NCBI RefSeq assembly: GCF_006345805.1
Contig: NW_021829879.1
Coordinates: forward strand, 1 to 36,820
Direction: 5' to 3'
Origin: Octopus sinensis
Lineage: Eukaryota
DNA: 36,820 nt
How positions within the stretch are numbered: the stretch's first letter is position 1; each line of letters begins with the position of its first letter. Below, piece by piece: positions 1-11,296 of the stretch. The notes under the pieces were generated by a model. It did no database searches, had not been told where the DNA came from, and worked only from the letters and a program-made list of their open reading frames with translations. A program made the translations under genes and the position numbers.

Positions 1-141
1 ATATACATATGTATATAGTATATAAATATATGTATATATATATTATCTATATATATAATATATATATTAAAAATATATATATATGAATTATACAATATAC
101 ATACATTTACATTCACACACACACACACACATATATATATA

Positions 142-175
<34 letters not shown>

Positions 176-208
176 ACACATACGCACACATTATTCATAT
201 ACACTCGT

Positions 209-248
<40 letters not shown>

Positions 249-400
249 GTGTGATGTGTATATTATATCATATGGTTTATATATATATATAGATATATAG
301 GTGTGTGTATGTATAAGTATATGTTTCTGTCTGTCAGCAAGTATATATACATACATACATATATACATACATACATACATACATACATACATACATACCT
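1..400. repeat. (TA)n/(CA)n/(TACA)n microsatellite block
   Basis: Direct reading of di- and tetranucleotide runs. Confidence 0.95.
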
Positions 401-1020
401 AGGAAACACAGGGAAATGGTGAAGAATATAAACACATACAAAGCGTAGCTAAATTTGATAAAAAAATTAATAAACTGCGCACCATAGTTTGTTGTTTGTC
501 TCTTTATCTATTTATTTATTTATTTATTATTTACTATAAATAATTTGATAATAGTTTTGAGAAAATGAAACGAACGAGATATTCTACGAAAGGTTCACGG
601 AGTAGTGTCAATCAAAATATACAGAAGTTCAAATGATGTTGAGTGATTGGTTAAGCAATTTTTTTCTTCCATTTTGTTTTTCCTCTTTTGCACATGACTG
701 TATTTATATATTTATTTATATTCGGTATGCGAAGATTTCGGCTCAGAATTGATAGTATAGAATTTGACAAAACTTAGCATTCGTTCCTAAATCTTAACAT
801 CTTTATCTTTCTCTTTTTTGGCACCATCATTGTGACATCAAGATGTCAAAGTGTACGATTGTATTATCTTTGTTATATCTGTGTTTTGTTTTTCGCATTG
901 GTTTTATTTGAATTGGTTTTTTAACAATTTTTACATTTTTCAAAAATGCCCTTAGTAACCGTAGCAATTAACTCTGGTATGATAAATTACTTTTGCTCGG
1001 TGCAATTGGCTTCCCGACTC

Positions 1021-1071
1021 TTATATATATGTATATGTGTGTATATATATGTATATGGTGTATATATAGAT

Positions 1072-1106
<35 letters not shown>

Positions 1107-1208
1107 TATATATAATATATATATATAGATATAGATTAGATATATAGATAGATAGATGATAGATATATAGATAGATAGATAGATAGATAGATAGAATAGA
1201 TATAGATT

Positions 1209-1245
<37 letters not shown>

Positions 1246-1269
1246 CAGACAGACATACATGAGATTGAT

Positions 1270-1330
<61 letters not shown>
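1021..1330. repeat. (TA)n then (TAGA)n microsatellite
   Basis: Direct reading. Confidence 0.95.
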
Positions 1331-1502
1331 GTTTCTTTATTAGCCACACAGGGCTGCACACAGATAGAACAAATTACAAGGAGGCTTTTCTTTGAAGGTT
1401 TAAAAAAAAAAAAAACAAAAAAAAAAAAAAAAAAAAAAAGGAAGGGGGAGTTTCGATCAAAAAGGATCGTAAAAAGGAGAGAAAGAGGACAAAAAAAAGG
1501 GG

Positions 1503-1541
<39 letters not shown>

Positions 1542-1903
1542 GGAGAGGAAAAAAAAAATTGATCAATAGGATCGTTATCACAGAAATGTCAATATGAAGT
1601 GTAAAGGGGAGGACAGGTGAGGTTTACCCGTGGAAAGAAAAGCCTACGGAAAGACCACGGTAACCTCGGTCAATGAAGTCACCATTTTATTATTTTTTTT
1701 TTTTTTTTTTTTTTTTTTTGGCAAATAAGCAAACTCTCTGTTTTCGATTTCTGGGTTCATAGGACTATGCTCAAGGTGGCTTCGTCATCATACGTGCCAT
1801 TCTTGACAATTCACCCATCTTTTTTTAAAACATTCGCTAGACAAAACTTGCCTCTCTACTCTCACTTTCCTTTTCAAGTGGTACTTGAAGAAGTTGATGA
1901 GAG
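1331..1903 (-). mobile_element. 5'-truncated L1/Tx1-type LINE: ORF2 C-terminus plus 3' UTR
   Basis: Minus strand encodes [37 protein letters not shown] (ends 1788), resembling the terminal R..ER...F.KRW pattern of Tx1/L1 ORF2. A T-rich UTR follows, then AATAAA (plus-strand TTTATT 1336-1341) directly before a (TCTA)n tail. Confidence 0.6.
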
Positions 1904-1920
1904 ATTGATGAGAAGTTGAT

Positions 1921-1922
1921 AA

Positions 1923-1954
<32 letters not shown>

Positions 1955-1994
1955 TTAGATAGATATATAGATAGATAGATATAGACATACAGAT

Positions 1995-2027
<33 letters not shown>

Positions 2028-2049
2028 CAGACAGACATACATTGAGATT

Positions 2050-2126
<77 letters not shown>

Positions 2127-2174
2127 TTAGATAGATATATAGATAGATAGATATAGACATACAGACAGACAGAC

Positions 2175-2222
<48 letters not shown>

Positions 2223-2260
2223 TAGATAGATAGATAGATAGATAGATTAATAGATAGATA
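1921..2260. repeat. Complex (GATA)n/(GACA)n microsatellite
   Basis: Direct reading. Confidence 0.95.
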
Positions 2261-2940
2261 AATAGATGTATTGTATATGTGTGTACGTATGTATGTATGA
2301 ATGTATATATGAGTGTATATATGGACGTATCTGTGCATGTATGTTTGTGTGTGTATGTAAGTTTATGCGTGTATACATGTACGTGCGCATATATTTGAAC
2401 ACATAAGTATGTATTTGTCCATCTGTCAATTTACCTCCATATCTGTCTGTAAGCTGTATTATTTTATCTCTGTTTAATCATCCATGCATCCATCTGTATA
2501 TCAACTTATCTATTTTCATATCGTGCTTCCATTGAGTTACACCGATAAAGAGAGACGGAGAGGCAGAGGCACAGAGAGACAGGGGCACAGAGAGAGACAG
2601 AAAAACATACGTATATGCATGTGTGTGTGTGTGTGTGTGTGTGTGATTATACATATACATAGTATATGCATATATATGTGTATGTATCAATCAATCTATC
2701 TATCTATATATATACTTAATAATTAGCAAATATTTGCTTTACCACATACCGAAGTTTAGAAATAGCAGCCAAAACCTTAGCTATTTCTTCTACTTTAAAA
2801 AGGGACTCCCAGAAATACCAAAATACTTGAAAACAATTACTTAAGTTTACAGTGAAATGTTCTTTTTTTTCATGCCGAATTCTACTTGGTGAAATTATTG
2901 ATTACTTCTTAATTAATTAATTTTACCCTTTGATATCATC

Positions 2941-3052
2941 TATGTGTGTGTGTGTGTGTGTGTATGTGTGTGTGTGTATTTATACGTCTATGAGTGTGTG
3001 TGTATGTGTGTGTGTATCGACAGACAGGCAGATAGATAGATAGATAGATAGG

Positions 3053-3123
<71 letters not shown>

Positions 3124-3125
3124 AT
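2941..3125. repeat. (GT)n and (GATA)n microsatellite
   Basis: Direct reading. Confidence 0.95.
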
Positions 3126-3131
3126 GAATCG

Positions 3132-3462
3132 TGGCACTACGGCTGTTACGACGACGTGGTTTCCAGCCTGCTCATGAAATTAACGTGCAAGTGGCTGAGC
3201 ACTCCCCATACACGGAGAGATTCAGCATTAGTGTGACAAGGCTGGCCCTTTGAAATACAGATACAACAGAAGCATGAAGAAAAAGTGAGAGAAAGTTGTG
3301 GTGAAAGAGTACAGCAGGGTTCACCACCACTCCCTGCCGGAGTCTCGTGGAACTTTAGGTGTTTTCGCTCAATAAACACTCACAATGCCCGCTTTGGGAA
3401 CCAAAACCGCGAACCTACGTCCGCCAGTTCTCTGCCCTAACCACTGGGCCATTGCGCCTCCA
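3132..3462 (-). mobile_element. tRNA-derived SINE (octopus OR-like family), internally deleted copy
   Basis: Minus strand begins TGGAGGCGCAATGGCCCAGTGGTTAGGGC (A-box) with a degenerate B-box. Colinear with the 3478-3843 copy and shares its 3' tail with 10325-10643. Confidence 0.85.
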
Positions 3463-3477
3463 TATATATATATATCG

Positions 3478-3843
3478 TGGCACACCGTCAGTTACGACGT
3501 TGATCCGATCCACGGGACAGCCTGCTAGTGAAATTAGCGTGCAAGTGGCTGAGCACTCCACAGACACGTGTACCCTTAACATAGTTCCTGGGGAGATTCA
3601 GTGTCACACAGGGTGTGACAAGGCTGGCCCTTTGAAATACAGGTATAACAGAAACAGAAGAAAGAGTGAGAGAAAGTTGTGGTGAAAGAGTACAGCAGGG
3701 TTTGCCACCAACCCCTGCCGGAGCCTCGTGGAGCTTTAGGTGTTTTCGCTCAATAAATACTCACAACGCCCGGATTGGGAGCCGAAACCGCGATCCTACG
3801 ATCGCTAGTCCGCTGCCCTATCCACTGGACCATTGCGCCTCCA
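3478..3843 (-). mobile_element. tRNA-derived SINE (octopus OR-like family), near full length
   Basis: Minus-strand head TGGAGGCGCAATGGTCCAGTGGATAGGGC...GGTTTCGGCTCCC; tail ...CGTCGTAACTGACGGTGTGCCA. Confidence 0.88.
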
Positions 3844-3881
3844 CGTTAGATAGATAGATAGATAGATAGATAGTATCTTTA

Positions 3882-4032
3882 TATCTTTCACGGTATTGAT
3901 CAGATTATTGGTGGTTGTTGTTATACATCGCTGGTCACAATACACTTCACACTATTTGCGTGTGTATGAATGTGTGAGTGTATGTATATTTGTATGTATG
4001 TATCTGTCAGTCTAGTCTCTCTGTCTTTTTCT

Positions 4033-4067
<35 letters not shown>

Positions 4068-4138
4068 CATGTACAAACGTATCACTATGCGTATGTATTT
4101 ATAAGCGTATGACTGTGTGTATATGTGTGTGTTTATCC

Positions 4139-4190
<52 letters not shown>

Positions 4191-4291
4191 ATAGATAGAA
4201 AGACAATATCTATCTTTCACGGTATTGATCAGATATTTGCGGGTTGTTGTAATGCATCACTGGTCACAATGCACTTTGCATTATTTGCGTC
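3882..4291. repeat. Diverged direct duplication (~80 bp: 3882-3962 and 4211-4291, period 329), each copy preceded by (GATA)n
   Basis: TATCTTTCACGGTATTGATCAGA...GGTTGTTGT...CTGGTCACAAT.CACTT..A.TATTTGCGT is present twice. Confidence 0.85.
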
Positions 4292-4299
4292 TGTGCACG

Positions 4300-4545
4300 T
4301 ATGTATGTCATTATTCAGTTTATTTCAAGATTTCTTGCCAATTGAGAACCCAGTTCCAAGATTCCTTCATTGGAATTTCAATATCAGCAACGGATATTTT
4401 TGTTTTGTTCGTATGTGTGTGTATGTATGTATGTATGTATGTATGTATGTATGTATGTATGTATGTATGTATGTATGCGCAAGTTTGCATGTTTTGCTTT
4501 ATGTATGTCTTCTTAAGCATATAGTTGCATATCTAGACGTTCATA
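4300..4545. repeat. Unclassified dispersed repeat (same family as 15921-16265)
   Basis: Shared ATGTCATTATT...TTTCAAGATTTCTTGCCAAT...CCTTCATTGG.ATTTCAA and GCATATAGTTGCATATCTAGAC. Confidence 0.8.
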
Positions 4546-4559
4546 TATATATATTTAAA

Positions 4560-4735
4560 TGATAAACATCGAAAAACACCTTAGGAGTGAGAACCCAGGT
4601 TTGAAATTTCCCCAAGACACCTGATGAAGGCTGGAGGGTATATCAGTCGAAATGTGTGTTAACAACAAACAAGATGAGGACAAATATCCGTCAAATGTAA
4701 ATAATGTACATAATTCCTCATCTCTTAAATATCGA
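4560..4735 (+). mobile_element. Probable Penelope-like element terminal (pLTR) fragment
   Basis: Short non-SINE segment next to a TA-rich tract, containing a minimal hammerhead fold (4616-4660) and a 9-bp stem AGATGAGGA/TCCTCATCT (4672-4680/4715-4723). PLE termini are known to carry such motifs. Confidence 0.5.
4616..4660 (+). ncRNA. Minimal type I hammerhead ribozyme-like motif (degenerate cleavage site)
   Basis: GACAC-CTGATGA-A-GGCTG-(10 nt)-CAGTC-GAAA-TGT-GTGTT: stem I GACAC/GTGTT, stem II GGCTG/CAGTC, both core boxes present. The stem III/triplet segment is one nt shorter than CGTH. Confidence 0.6.
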
Positions 4736-4938
4736 GCTATAACATCTTCTGAGTCGTCATGGTAAGTTCTGTCTACAAGCATTGCAAGATAACTGGTACT
4801 AGTTGGATAGCTAAATTTTTGTCAGCGTGTCTTTTTCGTTAGAACTTTCTTCACCAGGGTTTTATCAAAAAATAACCGGGATCTCTCTAACCCTAAGAGA
4901 TTTATCTAACCCGAGTCAAAAAGGTCCTGAGATAAATA

Positions 4939-5928
4939 CAGTACCGTGCAAAAGACTTCAGCCACTTTTGTAAATTTCTATTGTAAATTTCTACTAATTG
5001 CCAACTTATTCATGTTTCGCATGCGTTTTTTACAGATGAAATATGGGTCTTAATCATTATATTTTGAAGTAGGGGTTTTTATAAGCGATAATTTGTCAGA
5101 AGGCCTCCAGGAAAGCGAAACGAACCACGTTGCACGACGAAAATAGTGAAGGTTTGGGGGTAAGAGCCTGATGATTTGGAGATACATAAAAAGTGATAGT
5201 TCAAGAAAGTTAGTTAAAATTAACGGTAACTTGAATTGTGCCAAATACATCCAGTTGCTGAAGAACAATTTGATATCAGACTTGGATGAAGGTGAGATTT
5301 TTCAGCATGACGGAGTTCTACGCCACAAATCGAGTGCAACACAACAGAGTCTGGCTGATGAAGGTTTTACCGTATTGAAAGATTGGCCAGCTCAGAGCCA
5401 TGACTTAAATATCATCGAGTAAATATGAACAGAACTAAAGAGAAGAGTTCACCAGAAGAATCCACGCAATCTTGAAGACTTGTGTGAGCTCAGCCTCAGA
5501 GAATGGCATGTCATACGTGTGAAGATGGTGAAGGATTTGTATGCATCTCTTCCCGGGAGCATTGAAGCAATTATTCAAGCTAAGGGAAGTCACACGAAAT
5601 ATTAACAATGCACAGTAACTTCTTGAAATGAACATTATGTAATAAATTTTCATTATAGACATTTCTCTGTTTTAAAACACTGTATCTTGATTGGTTTATG
5701 TAAGGTGGCTGAGGACTTTTACACGGCCATTTTTGGTGGTCGTCTTGCGTCTTCCCCTCTCATTCAGAACCCCTACTTCAAAATATCATGGTTTGGTATG
5801 GAAATGACTCCAACATGGCCAATGTTTCATCTGTAAAAAAACCGCAATGCGAAACATCCACTTATAAGTTGGCAATTAGTAGAAATTTACAATAGTTTAA
5901 GATTGCCGAAGACTTTTGTAAGAGACTG
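4939..5928 (+). mobile_element. Internally deleted Tc1-family DNA transposon, 990 bp
   Basis: ~100-bp imperfect TIRs (4939-5041 / 5825-5928) starting CAGT and ending ACTG; TA duplication at 4937-4938 and 5929-5930; transposase remnant inside. Confidence 0.93.
5095..5605 (+). pseudogene. Tc1 transposase catalytic-domain remnant (frameshift and in-frame stop)
   Basis: VRRPPGKRNEPRCTTKIVK/(fs)FGGKSLMIW...IFQHDG...DWPAQSHDLNIIE*IWTELKRRV...IEAIIQAKGSHTKY*. These are classic Tc1 motifs; the N-terminal DNA-binding domain and first Asp are missing. Confidence 0.93.
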
Positions 5929-6254
5929 TACTAATTAAGGGGTAACTTCACGCTCCACAACAATTCCAAAAACCTGAACTGGGGCCTCAACATCGGATGC
6001 ACTTTATTGTATTATTCTACATCGATAAAAGTTTCAACCGGAACTTTAAGTAACTTCTTCCCCGCTTTTAAAAAATTTTCTGCCTTATTTTACCCCCCCC
6101 CCCACACACACTTTTTTTGAAATTAATTCCCTGTGCACGTCTCTTTTATGATAATACTTTGTCCACAACTTTTTGAAATTTTGTCTCCCTGTTGTAACCC
6201 TGCACGTTGTCCAGCTGTTTGTCTCTTATTTCTCCATTTCTTGTGCCATTTTAC

Positions 6255-6650
6255 TACATACACACACACACACAAACACACACAAGCACATACACACACT
6301 CACACACACATGCATAGATATAGATGTATATATTTTCGTATATATATGTATATATAAAGAGAGACAAAGATAGATAAATATATGTATGTATATATAACTA
6401 TATCTACATATATGTATACATATATTTATATACATATGTATATACAATACATACATATATGCACATGTGCGCATATGTATATATATCTATGTATATATGC
6501 ATGAATGTATGTGTCACGATTTGTACAATGATTCGTATGTTTGTGTCGTGTGTGTGCGTATGTATATAAATATATGTATACATATATGTAGATATAGTTA
6601 TATATACATACATGTATGTATCTATCTCTGTCTCATATGCACATACATGC
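6255..6650. repeat. (CA)n/(TA)n/(TATG)n low-complexity block
   Basis: Direct reading. Confidence 0.9.
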
Positions 6651-7073
6651 TTCTCATAAATCTAAGCTCCTCTACTAAAAGAAAGCAAAAAATATAGAAA
6701 GAAGAAAATGGACGAAACTTTTGTATTGCTTTGATGGCATTTTCAATGAGAATTATAAATTGTCGGAAACAGAAACATTAGCTGACCTTGTATCAGGTCA
6801 TGTCGTTCGAGGTCAGGTCAACAATGACAGTCCAATAAGACAAATTTGACAGTGTAACTGTTGTTCTCCATAACACACATCATTCTAAATATATGATTGC
6901 TATATTCCGCTGTATGTGCATTTTTTAATTCAGGATTTCTGTATATCTATGAATGGGGTTACCTAAAGAATAGCTGTGTACACGTGTGTGTATGTTTTAG
7001 CCTACACGTGCATATGTGCTTCTATGTGTGTCAAAGTTTTCCTATTAGTGTATGCCATATATTAGTATATGCC

Positions 7074-7285
7074 TAACACGACGAGCTGCCAGAATTGTCA
7101 GCCCGCCCGGCAAAATGCTTAGCGGCATTTCGCCCACTTTTGCGTTTTGATATCAAACTCCACCGAAGTCAATTTTGCCTTTCATTCTTCCTGGGGTCAA
7201 TAAAACAAGTACTAGTTGAACACTGGCGTCGATGGGATCGACTAGTCCCCTTCTTCAAAGTGAGGCTCTGTGCCTATAGTACAAA
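7074..7285 (+). mobile_element. tRNA-related SINE, family 'AAGGCGGCGAGCTGGCAGAA', tail type b (diverged)
   Basis: Aligns by eye to 8655, 30131 and 31812 copies: GAGCTG.CAGAA...AAATGCTTAGCGGCATTTCG...TTTGCCTTTCAT...GTGCCTATAGT. Confidence 0.8.
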
Positions 7286-7303
7286 TGTATATGAGTGTAT
7301 ACC

Positions 7304-7465
7304 TAAGGCGGAGAGCTGGCAGAATCATTAGTACGCCGGACGAAATGCTTAGCGGTGTTTCGTCCGCCTTTACATTCTGAGTACAAATTCCGCCGGGGTT
7401 GACTTCGTCTTTCATCACTTCAGGGTTGATAACTAATTACCAATTGGTGTAGTCGGCTAGCACCT
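7304..7465 (+). mobile_element. SINE, same family, 3'-truncated
   Basis: TAAGGCGGAGAGCTGGCAGAATCATTAGTACGCCGGACGAAATGCTTAGCGG head; TTCTGAGTACAAATTCCGCC B-box region. Confidence 0.82.
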
Positions 7466-7479
7466 TCTTTTATTTAGAC

Positions 7480-7715
7480 CAGTGATTCTCAACTAGGTTC
7501 CTTATAAGATTTTGGGGGGTCCATACAACAAAATAGATCCACAATAGTATTTTAAGGGACCCTGAAAAAAATTTGCTTTAGATGTATGTATTGGTATGTA
7601 TCGTACGAAACAGCTTTCTTTCTCTAACATTTAACATAGTTTAACTTTCACAAGTTAATGTGTGAAAGCATTAATTAATAGCATTCTATAAAACTAGTTT
7701 TTAAACAAGGACAAT
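7480..7715 (+). mobile_element. Possible hAT/Charlie-like non-autonomous element, left end only
   Basis: Starts CAGTGATTCTCAAC, resembling the CAGTGGTTCTCAAC terminus of hAT-Charlie MITEs. No matching right TIR was found. Confidence 0.4.
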
Positions 7716-8170
7716 TGGGTTCAATATAATAGACGTAATCCATTTGTCTATTCCTTGTTTGTCCCCTCTGTGTGTAGCCCCTTGTGGGCAGTAAAGAAAT
7801 AGGTATTTCGTCTGTCTTTACGTTCTGAGTTCAAATTCCGCCGAGGTCGACTTTGCCTTTCATCCTTTCGGGGACGATTAAATACGTACCAGTTACGCAC
7901 TAGGATCGATATAATCGACTTAATCCGTTTGTCTATTCCTTGTCTATCCCCTCTGTGTTTAGCCCCTTGTAGGTAGTAAAGAAGTAGGTATTTTGTCTGC
8001 TGCTACGTTCTGAGTTCAAATTCCGCCGAGGTCGACTTTGCCTTTCATCCTTTCGGGGTCGATTAAATAAGTACTAGTTACGCATTGGGATCGATATAAT
8101 CGACTTAATCCGTTTGTGTGTCCTTGTCTGTCCCTCTATGTTTAGCCCCTTGTGGGCAATAAACAAATAA
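7716..8170 (+). repeat. SINE-derived tandem array, 185-bp unit, ~2.4 copies
   Basis: AATCC at 7737, 7922 and 8107. The unit is SINE body plus tail a, rejoined at AAAGAAATAG|GTATTTCG. Confidence 0.9.
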
Positions 8171-8214
8171 GAAACGCTAGCAAACAGTGCGAAATACAAA
8201 AAAAAATTAATATT

Positions 8215-8460
8215 CCTTCTGGAGCCATGCCAGGCTCATAAGGGCCGGTTTCCCGATTTTAGTGGCGTAGAAATTCCCCCACCTGTACGGAGCGCCGGTC
8301 CGTCGCAGGATTACTCATTTTTGCCATCTGAGTGAACTAGAGCAACGTGAAAATGAAGTGTTTTGCTCAAGAACACAATGCATCGCCCGGTCCAGGAATC
8401 GAAACCACAGCATTACGATCATGAGTTCAACACCCTCGCTACTAAGCCACACGCCTTCAC
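8215..8460 (-). mobile_element. tRNA-derived SINE with GTGAAGGCG head and TTGAGCAAAACACT core, tail type 1
   Basis: Minus strand GTGAAGGCGTGTGGCTTAGTAGCGAGGG...GGTTTCGATTCCTGG...TTGAGCAAAACACTTC; head and core shared with 10325 and 27351 copies. Confidence 0.85.
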
Positions 8461-8650
8461 ACGTCGGGCGAAATGATTAGCGTTATTTTGTCTGTCTCTA
8501 CGTTGTGAGCTCAAATTCCGCTGAGATCGACTTTGCATTTCTTCTTTTCGAGGTCGATAAATTAAGTACCTGTTGCGTACAGGAGACGATCTAATCGACT
8601 GGGCCCCTCCACCAGCGATTTCGAATCTTGTGTCTAGAGGAGAAAAGATA
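8461..8650 (+). mobile_element. SINE of the AAGGCGGCGAG family, 5'-truncated and diverged
   Basis: GGGCGAAATGATTAGCG...GAGCTCAAATTCCGC...TTTCGAGGTCGATAAATTAAGTACC. Confidence 0.78.
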
Positions 8651-8654
8651 TTTA

Positions 8655-9040
8655 AAGGCGACGAGCTGGCAGAAACTTTAGCACGTTAAGTGAAATGCAT
8701 AGCGGTATTTCGTCTGCCGCTATGTTCTGAGTTCAAATTCCGCCGAGATCGACTTTGGCTTTCATCCTTTCGGGGCCGATTAAATAAGTACCAGTTACGC
8801 ACGGGGGTCGATATAATCGACTTAATCTGTTTGTCTGTCCTTGTTTGTCACTTCTTTCTTTAGCCCCTTGTGGGTAGTAAAGAAATAGGTATTTCACTCG
8901 TCACTCCGTTCTGAGTTCGAACTCCGCCGATGTCGACTTTGCCTTTCATCCTTTCTGGGTCGATGAACTAAGTACCAGTTACGCACTGGGGTCATTTTAA
9001 TCGACTAACCTAAAATTTCAGGCCTTGTGCTTATAATAAA
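8655..9040 (+). mobile_element. SINE dimer: head + body + tail a, then body + tail b
   Basis: Full head at 8655; junction AAAGAAATAG|GTATTTC at 8879-8896; ends AAAATTTCAGGCCTTGTGCTTATAATA. Confidence 0.88.
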
Positions 9041-9403
9041 AAATATTATTAATATACACGCATATTTAGAAATAAGCTGGGCAGTTGAGAAACGCTTTGT
9101 CCAAACTGTTCAACTAACCCCTAATCGAGAGATCACTGCACGCCGTAGTTTGCGCTATGGTCCTAAATAGCTGATAACATGGTATGATTAGGACAATGGA
9201 TATGCGGACCATTCCTCGTCGATCAACCCCAGTTGCCCCCAAAGAACCCCAGATTGTCATTTGAATGCTTGATCATGACTGACCTGGGGACACACGGCAC
9301 CAACAAGAATAACATCATTACTACGATGACGATGATGATGGCTACGACAACGACCACCACCACGGCCATCTCCACCACCACCATCATGGAAGATTATCAG
9401 TTA

Positions 9404-9406
9404 TGT

Positions 9407-9438
<32 letters not shown>

Positions 9439-9471
9439 TTGTGTGTTTGTGTGTGTGTGTGTGTGTGTGTT

Positions 9472-9517
<46 letters not shown>

Positions 9518-10322
9518 TGTGTGTGTTTGTGTGTGTGCGCTCTTCATAGTACTCTCATTCAGAAACAGCTTCCGTTTCAGTTTGACTTTATCATGTTTTT
9601 TTTATTATATATATATACATCTGTATGTATTATGTATGCATATATATGTATGCGTATATGTATTTGTGTGTGTATGTGTAGATAGATACATACATACGTA
9701 AATACACACACACATCTATACGTACATACATACATATATACACAAAAATACATACATACACACGTACATGCATACACTCATACATAGATACATACATGCA
9801 TGCATACATACATACACATGCATACATACATATATACATATATATACATACACACATACATACATACATATATATATACACATAAATGGCGGTGCCCCAG
9901 CATGACCACAGCTCGTGTATTTGTGCATGTATGCAGATAGATAAATGCATATATAAATACACACACACACATCTATACGTACGTACATACATACATACAC
10001 AAAAATACATACATACACATACATACATACACATACATACACTCATACATAGATACATACATGCATACATACACACACATACATACATACATACATACAC
10101 ACACATACATACATACATACATACATACATACATACATACATACATACATACATACATGCACACATACATATATATATATATACATACACACATACATAT
10201 ACATATATACACACACAAACATACACACACATAATAGATACACACATGCACACGCATACATGCATACACACATATACATACACACATACATACACATACA
10301 TACGTACATACATAGATATATA
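9404..10322. repeat. (GT)n plus complex (TACA)n block with internal block duplications
   Basis: Motif CACAAAAATACATAC at 9741 and 9998, and again at 10659 beyond the SINE. Confidence 0.9.
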
Positions 10323-10324
10323 CA

Positions 10325-10643
10325 GTGAGGGCGCGTGGCTTAGTGGTTAGGGCATTCGGCTCATGATCGTAAGGTTGTGAGTTCGATTCCCGGCGACGCG
10401 TTGTGTCCTTGAGCAAGACACTTTATTTCACGTTGCTCCAGTCCACTCAGCTGGCAAAAATGAGTTGTACTTGTATTTCAAAGGGTCAGCCTTGTCACTC
10501 TCTGTGTCAGGCTGATTATCCCCGAGAACTACGTTAAGGGTACACGTGTCTGTGGAATGCTCAGCCATTTGCACGTTAATTTCACGAGCAGGCTGTTCCG
10601 TTGATCGTATCAGCTGGGACCCTCGTCGTCGTAACCGGCGGAG
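10325..10643 (+). mobile_element. Full-length tRNA-derived SINE, chimeric module order
   Basis: GTGAGGGCGCGTGGCTTAGTGGTTAGG (A-box), GAGTTCGATTCCC (B-box), TTGAGCAAGACACT core, then the same tail as 3478-3843. Confidence 0.9.
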
Positions 10644-10999
10644 AAGAAATGATATATACACAAAAATACATACATACACACACATGCATACATACATACA
10701 CATACATACATATATATACACATACATAAATTCACACACATACATACATACATACATGCACACATACATATACATATATACACACACAAACATACACACA
10801 CATACATAGATACACACATGCACACGCATACATGCATACACGCATATACATACAGACATACATACACACACACACACACACATACATATTGATGTTTTTT
10901 TATTATGTTGGAGTGGTTTGTTGTTTCTTCCGTGGATTATAATTTCATTCATTATTTTCGTTCGTTATTTATTCGTTTCCTCTTCTTCAGCTTGTTCTT

Positions 11000-11239
11000 C
11001 GCTATCATCCACCATCACCGCCGCCACCACCACCATCATTATCAAAATCATCATCGTCATCATCATCGTCATCATCTTCATCATCATCAACATCCTCATC
11101 ATCGTCATTCTCATCCTTATTCTCTCCCCTCCTCTTCTTCATCATCATCATCGTCATCATCATCATCGTCGTCATCACCATCGTCGTCATCATTATCATC
11201 ATCATCATCATCATTATCATCATCATGAGCGTCATCATC

Positions 11240-11296
<57 letters not shown>

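Noticed and set aside
1401-1720. Very long A and T homopolymers as separate poly(A) retro-tails
   Set aside because: They lie inside the LINE 3' UTR, and their lengths may be inflated by slippage or sequencing error.
3146-3857. ORFs overlapping SINEs (also 7095-7331, 19710-19967, 27558-27911)
   Set aside because: They lie within or across multicopy SINE sequence; chance frames.
5168-5360. CTGATGA heptamers inside the Tc1 element
   Set aside because: They fall in transposase coding sequence with no accompanying stems or GAAA box.
7716-8170. Regularly spaced repeats as a CRISPR-like array (also 19730-20281)
   Set aside because: Units are contiguous SINE sequence without unique spacers, in eukaryotic DNA.
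10325-10395. tRNA-like heads with A and B boxes (also 3780-3843 and 27630-27695)
   Set aside because: No closed acceptor stem, and they continue into SINE cores and tails; not tRNA genes.
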